Assembly (NCBI GenBank): GCA_977017645.1
Contig: OZ360221.1
Location: forward strand, 224,874,001-224,938,000
Length of the DNA stretch: 64,000 nt
Origin: Torpedo marmorata
Taxonomy: Eukaryota
Direction: 5' to 3'
Below, piece by piece: positions 62,479 to 64,000 of this stretch; positions within the stretch are counted from its first letter, which is position 1, and every line of letters starts with the position of its first letter. Below the pieces are notes generated by a model. The model saw only the letters and a list, made by a program, of their open reading frames with translations. It was not told the DNA's origin and made no database searches. Made by a program: the position numbers and the translations under genes.

Positions 62479-63993
62479 TCAATTTGACAAATGCTTCCTG
62501 ACAACCTGTTGACCATACAAATTTTTCTTTCTTTCTAAGCAAATTTGTGAGAGGGAGCGCAAATCAGCAAAGTTTTTACAGAACTTGCGGTAGTAGTCAA
62601 TCATTCCCAGGAACCTCCTCAGAGTTTTCTTACCAGTTGGAACAGGGAACTCGGAAATAGTCACAACCTTTGCCTCTACTGGCGCCAACTTCCCCTGTCC
62701 TACTACATAACTCAGAGAATGAACAGTCCCATGACCCTCTCTGAATCTGGTTTTATCTGTTTCCTCCTTACCCCTGTCAATAACCAATACCTCTGGTAAA
62801 TTTTCCGTCTCTTTATGCGCCACCTGTTCAAAATATGGCTTAATCATATTCACATGACAGACCTGTGTGTCTCGTCTGCGATTAGGTGTTTCTATGACAT
62901 AGGTGACATCATTAATTTTGGACTTAACTCTATAGGGTCCTGAAAATCTAGCCCTAAGAGGATTTGAATGGATGGGAAACAGAACTAATACGTTCTCACC
63001 AGGTTTAAAAGTTATCATCTTTGCCTTTCGATCATACCAAACCTTCATTCTCTGTTGAGTGGCCTTTAAATTCTCCTTTGCCATCTCACAAGCCCTATGT
63101 AACCGATCCTTAAATTTGGAAACATAATCTAACAGATTTAAATGCACATCACTATTAATCCACTGTTCTTTTAATAATCTTAAAGGACCTCTCACCTCAT
63201 GTCCGAAAACTAACTTGAATGGACTAAAACCAAGTGATTCTTGGACAGACTCCCTCGCTGCAAATAACAACAAATGAACCCCCTCATCCCAATCCTTTTC
63301 CTTCTCACAACAATAGGTTCTAATCATGGTTTTCAAAGTCGAATGGAACCTCTCTAAGGCCCCTTGACTTTCTGGATGGTACGCAGAGGATACAATCTGT
63401 TTAACTCCAAGTCCATCAACCACTTGTTGGAAAACGCCTGACATGAAATTACTGCCCTGATCTGATTGAATTTCCCTTGGCAAACCTACCAAGGTGAAAA
63501 ACTTTACCATAGCCTTTACAATTGACTTTGCTTTTATGTTTCTCAGAGGAATGGCCTCTGGAAGTCTGGTGGCTGCACACATAATTGTTAACAAATACTC
63601 ATTCCCCGCTTTGGTTTTGGGCAATGGGCCAACACAGTCCACAATTACTCTCAAGAAAGGCTCACTGAAAGCAGGGATAGGTTGCAAGGGTGCCTTCGGG
63701 GGACCCTTATTAGGTTTACCCACCACCTGACAAGTGTGACAGGCCTGGCAAAAGCTTACAACCTCCCTTCTCAAACTGGGCCAATAAAATTGTTTCATTA
63801 TCTTCCTTATAGTTTTCTTCACCCCAAGATGACCACCTAAGGGTGTACTATGAGCCAAAGTTATTATTGCATCCATATATACTTTAGGGATCACAACCTG
63901 CTGCACTACTGCCCATTCTTCATTGGCAGGAACATCACATGGTCTCCACTTTCTCATCAACACCCCATCTTTTTCATAATAACCCACTGGCAC
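62479..63993 (-). pseudogene. Gmr1-like integrase (HHCC, DDE, GPY) fused in frame to RT connection region
   Basis: AHSTPLGGHLG..CQACHTC, VDCVGPL, SDQGSNF, GALERFH, FSGPYRV, then HGT|VHSLSYVVGQG. Confidence 0.88.
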
Positions 63994-64000
63994 CTTTTTA

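Larger units (their letters stand above)
61019..64000 (-). mobile_element. Gmr1-like gypsy copy 2 (3' LTR, RNase H, integrase; RT deleted; continues past window end)
   Basis: ORFs 62051-62542 and 62479-63993 are nearly identical to the copy 1 proteins; PPT at 61919-61931. Confidence 0.93.

Overview
Eukaryotic, repeat-dense window with no recognisable host gene exon. The repeat content (V-SINE/HE1-type and Deu-domain SINEs, CR1, Rex1/Babar, L1, Penelope) suggests a cartilaginous fish; this is an inference. The long ORFs are all retroelement-derived. They comprise a Gmr1-like Ty3/gypsy element (gag-PR-INT-RT-RH, 18641-24374 +) with a second inverted, RT-deleted copy (61019 to window end, -), a truncated BEL/Pao element whose 5' LTR sits inside the Gmr1 primer-binding site (15611-18640 -), and a second gypsy family with short LTRs (32579-37007 -). 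Also present are L1 insertions with clear TSDs (one with a twin-priming inversion), Penelope elements with hammerhead-like motifs, solo LTRs and DNA-transposon remnants (hAT, Tigger/pogo-like, Tc1, Harbinger-like). The most interesting observations are three: (1) a gypsy element whose PBS position is a perfect 14-nt complement of its own LTR poly(A) signal, a candidate for self-priming or poly(A) occlusion; (2) a CpG-rich BEL LTR with ZNF143/NRF1/CCAAT motifs and splice donors on both strands, lying head-to-head between two gag ORFs; (3) Penelope hammerhead ribozyme motifs, including a palindromic dimer. Family names come from motif recognition only; no database search was run. Boundaries without TSD/TIR support are approximate.
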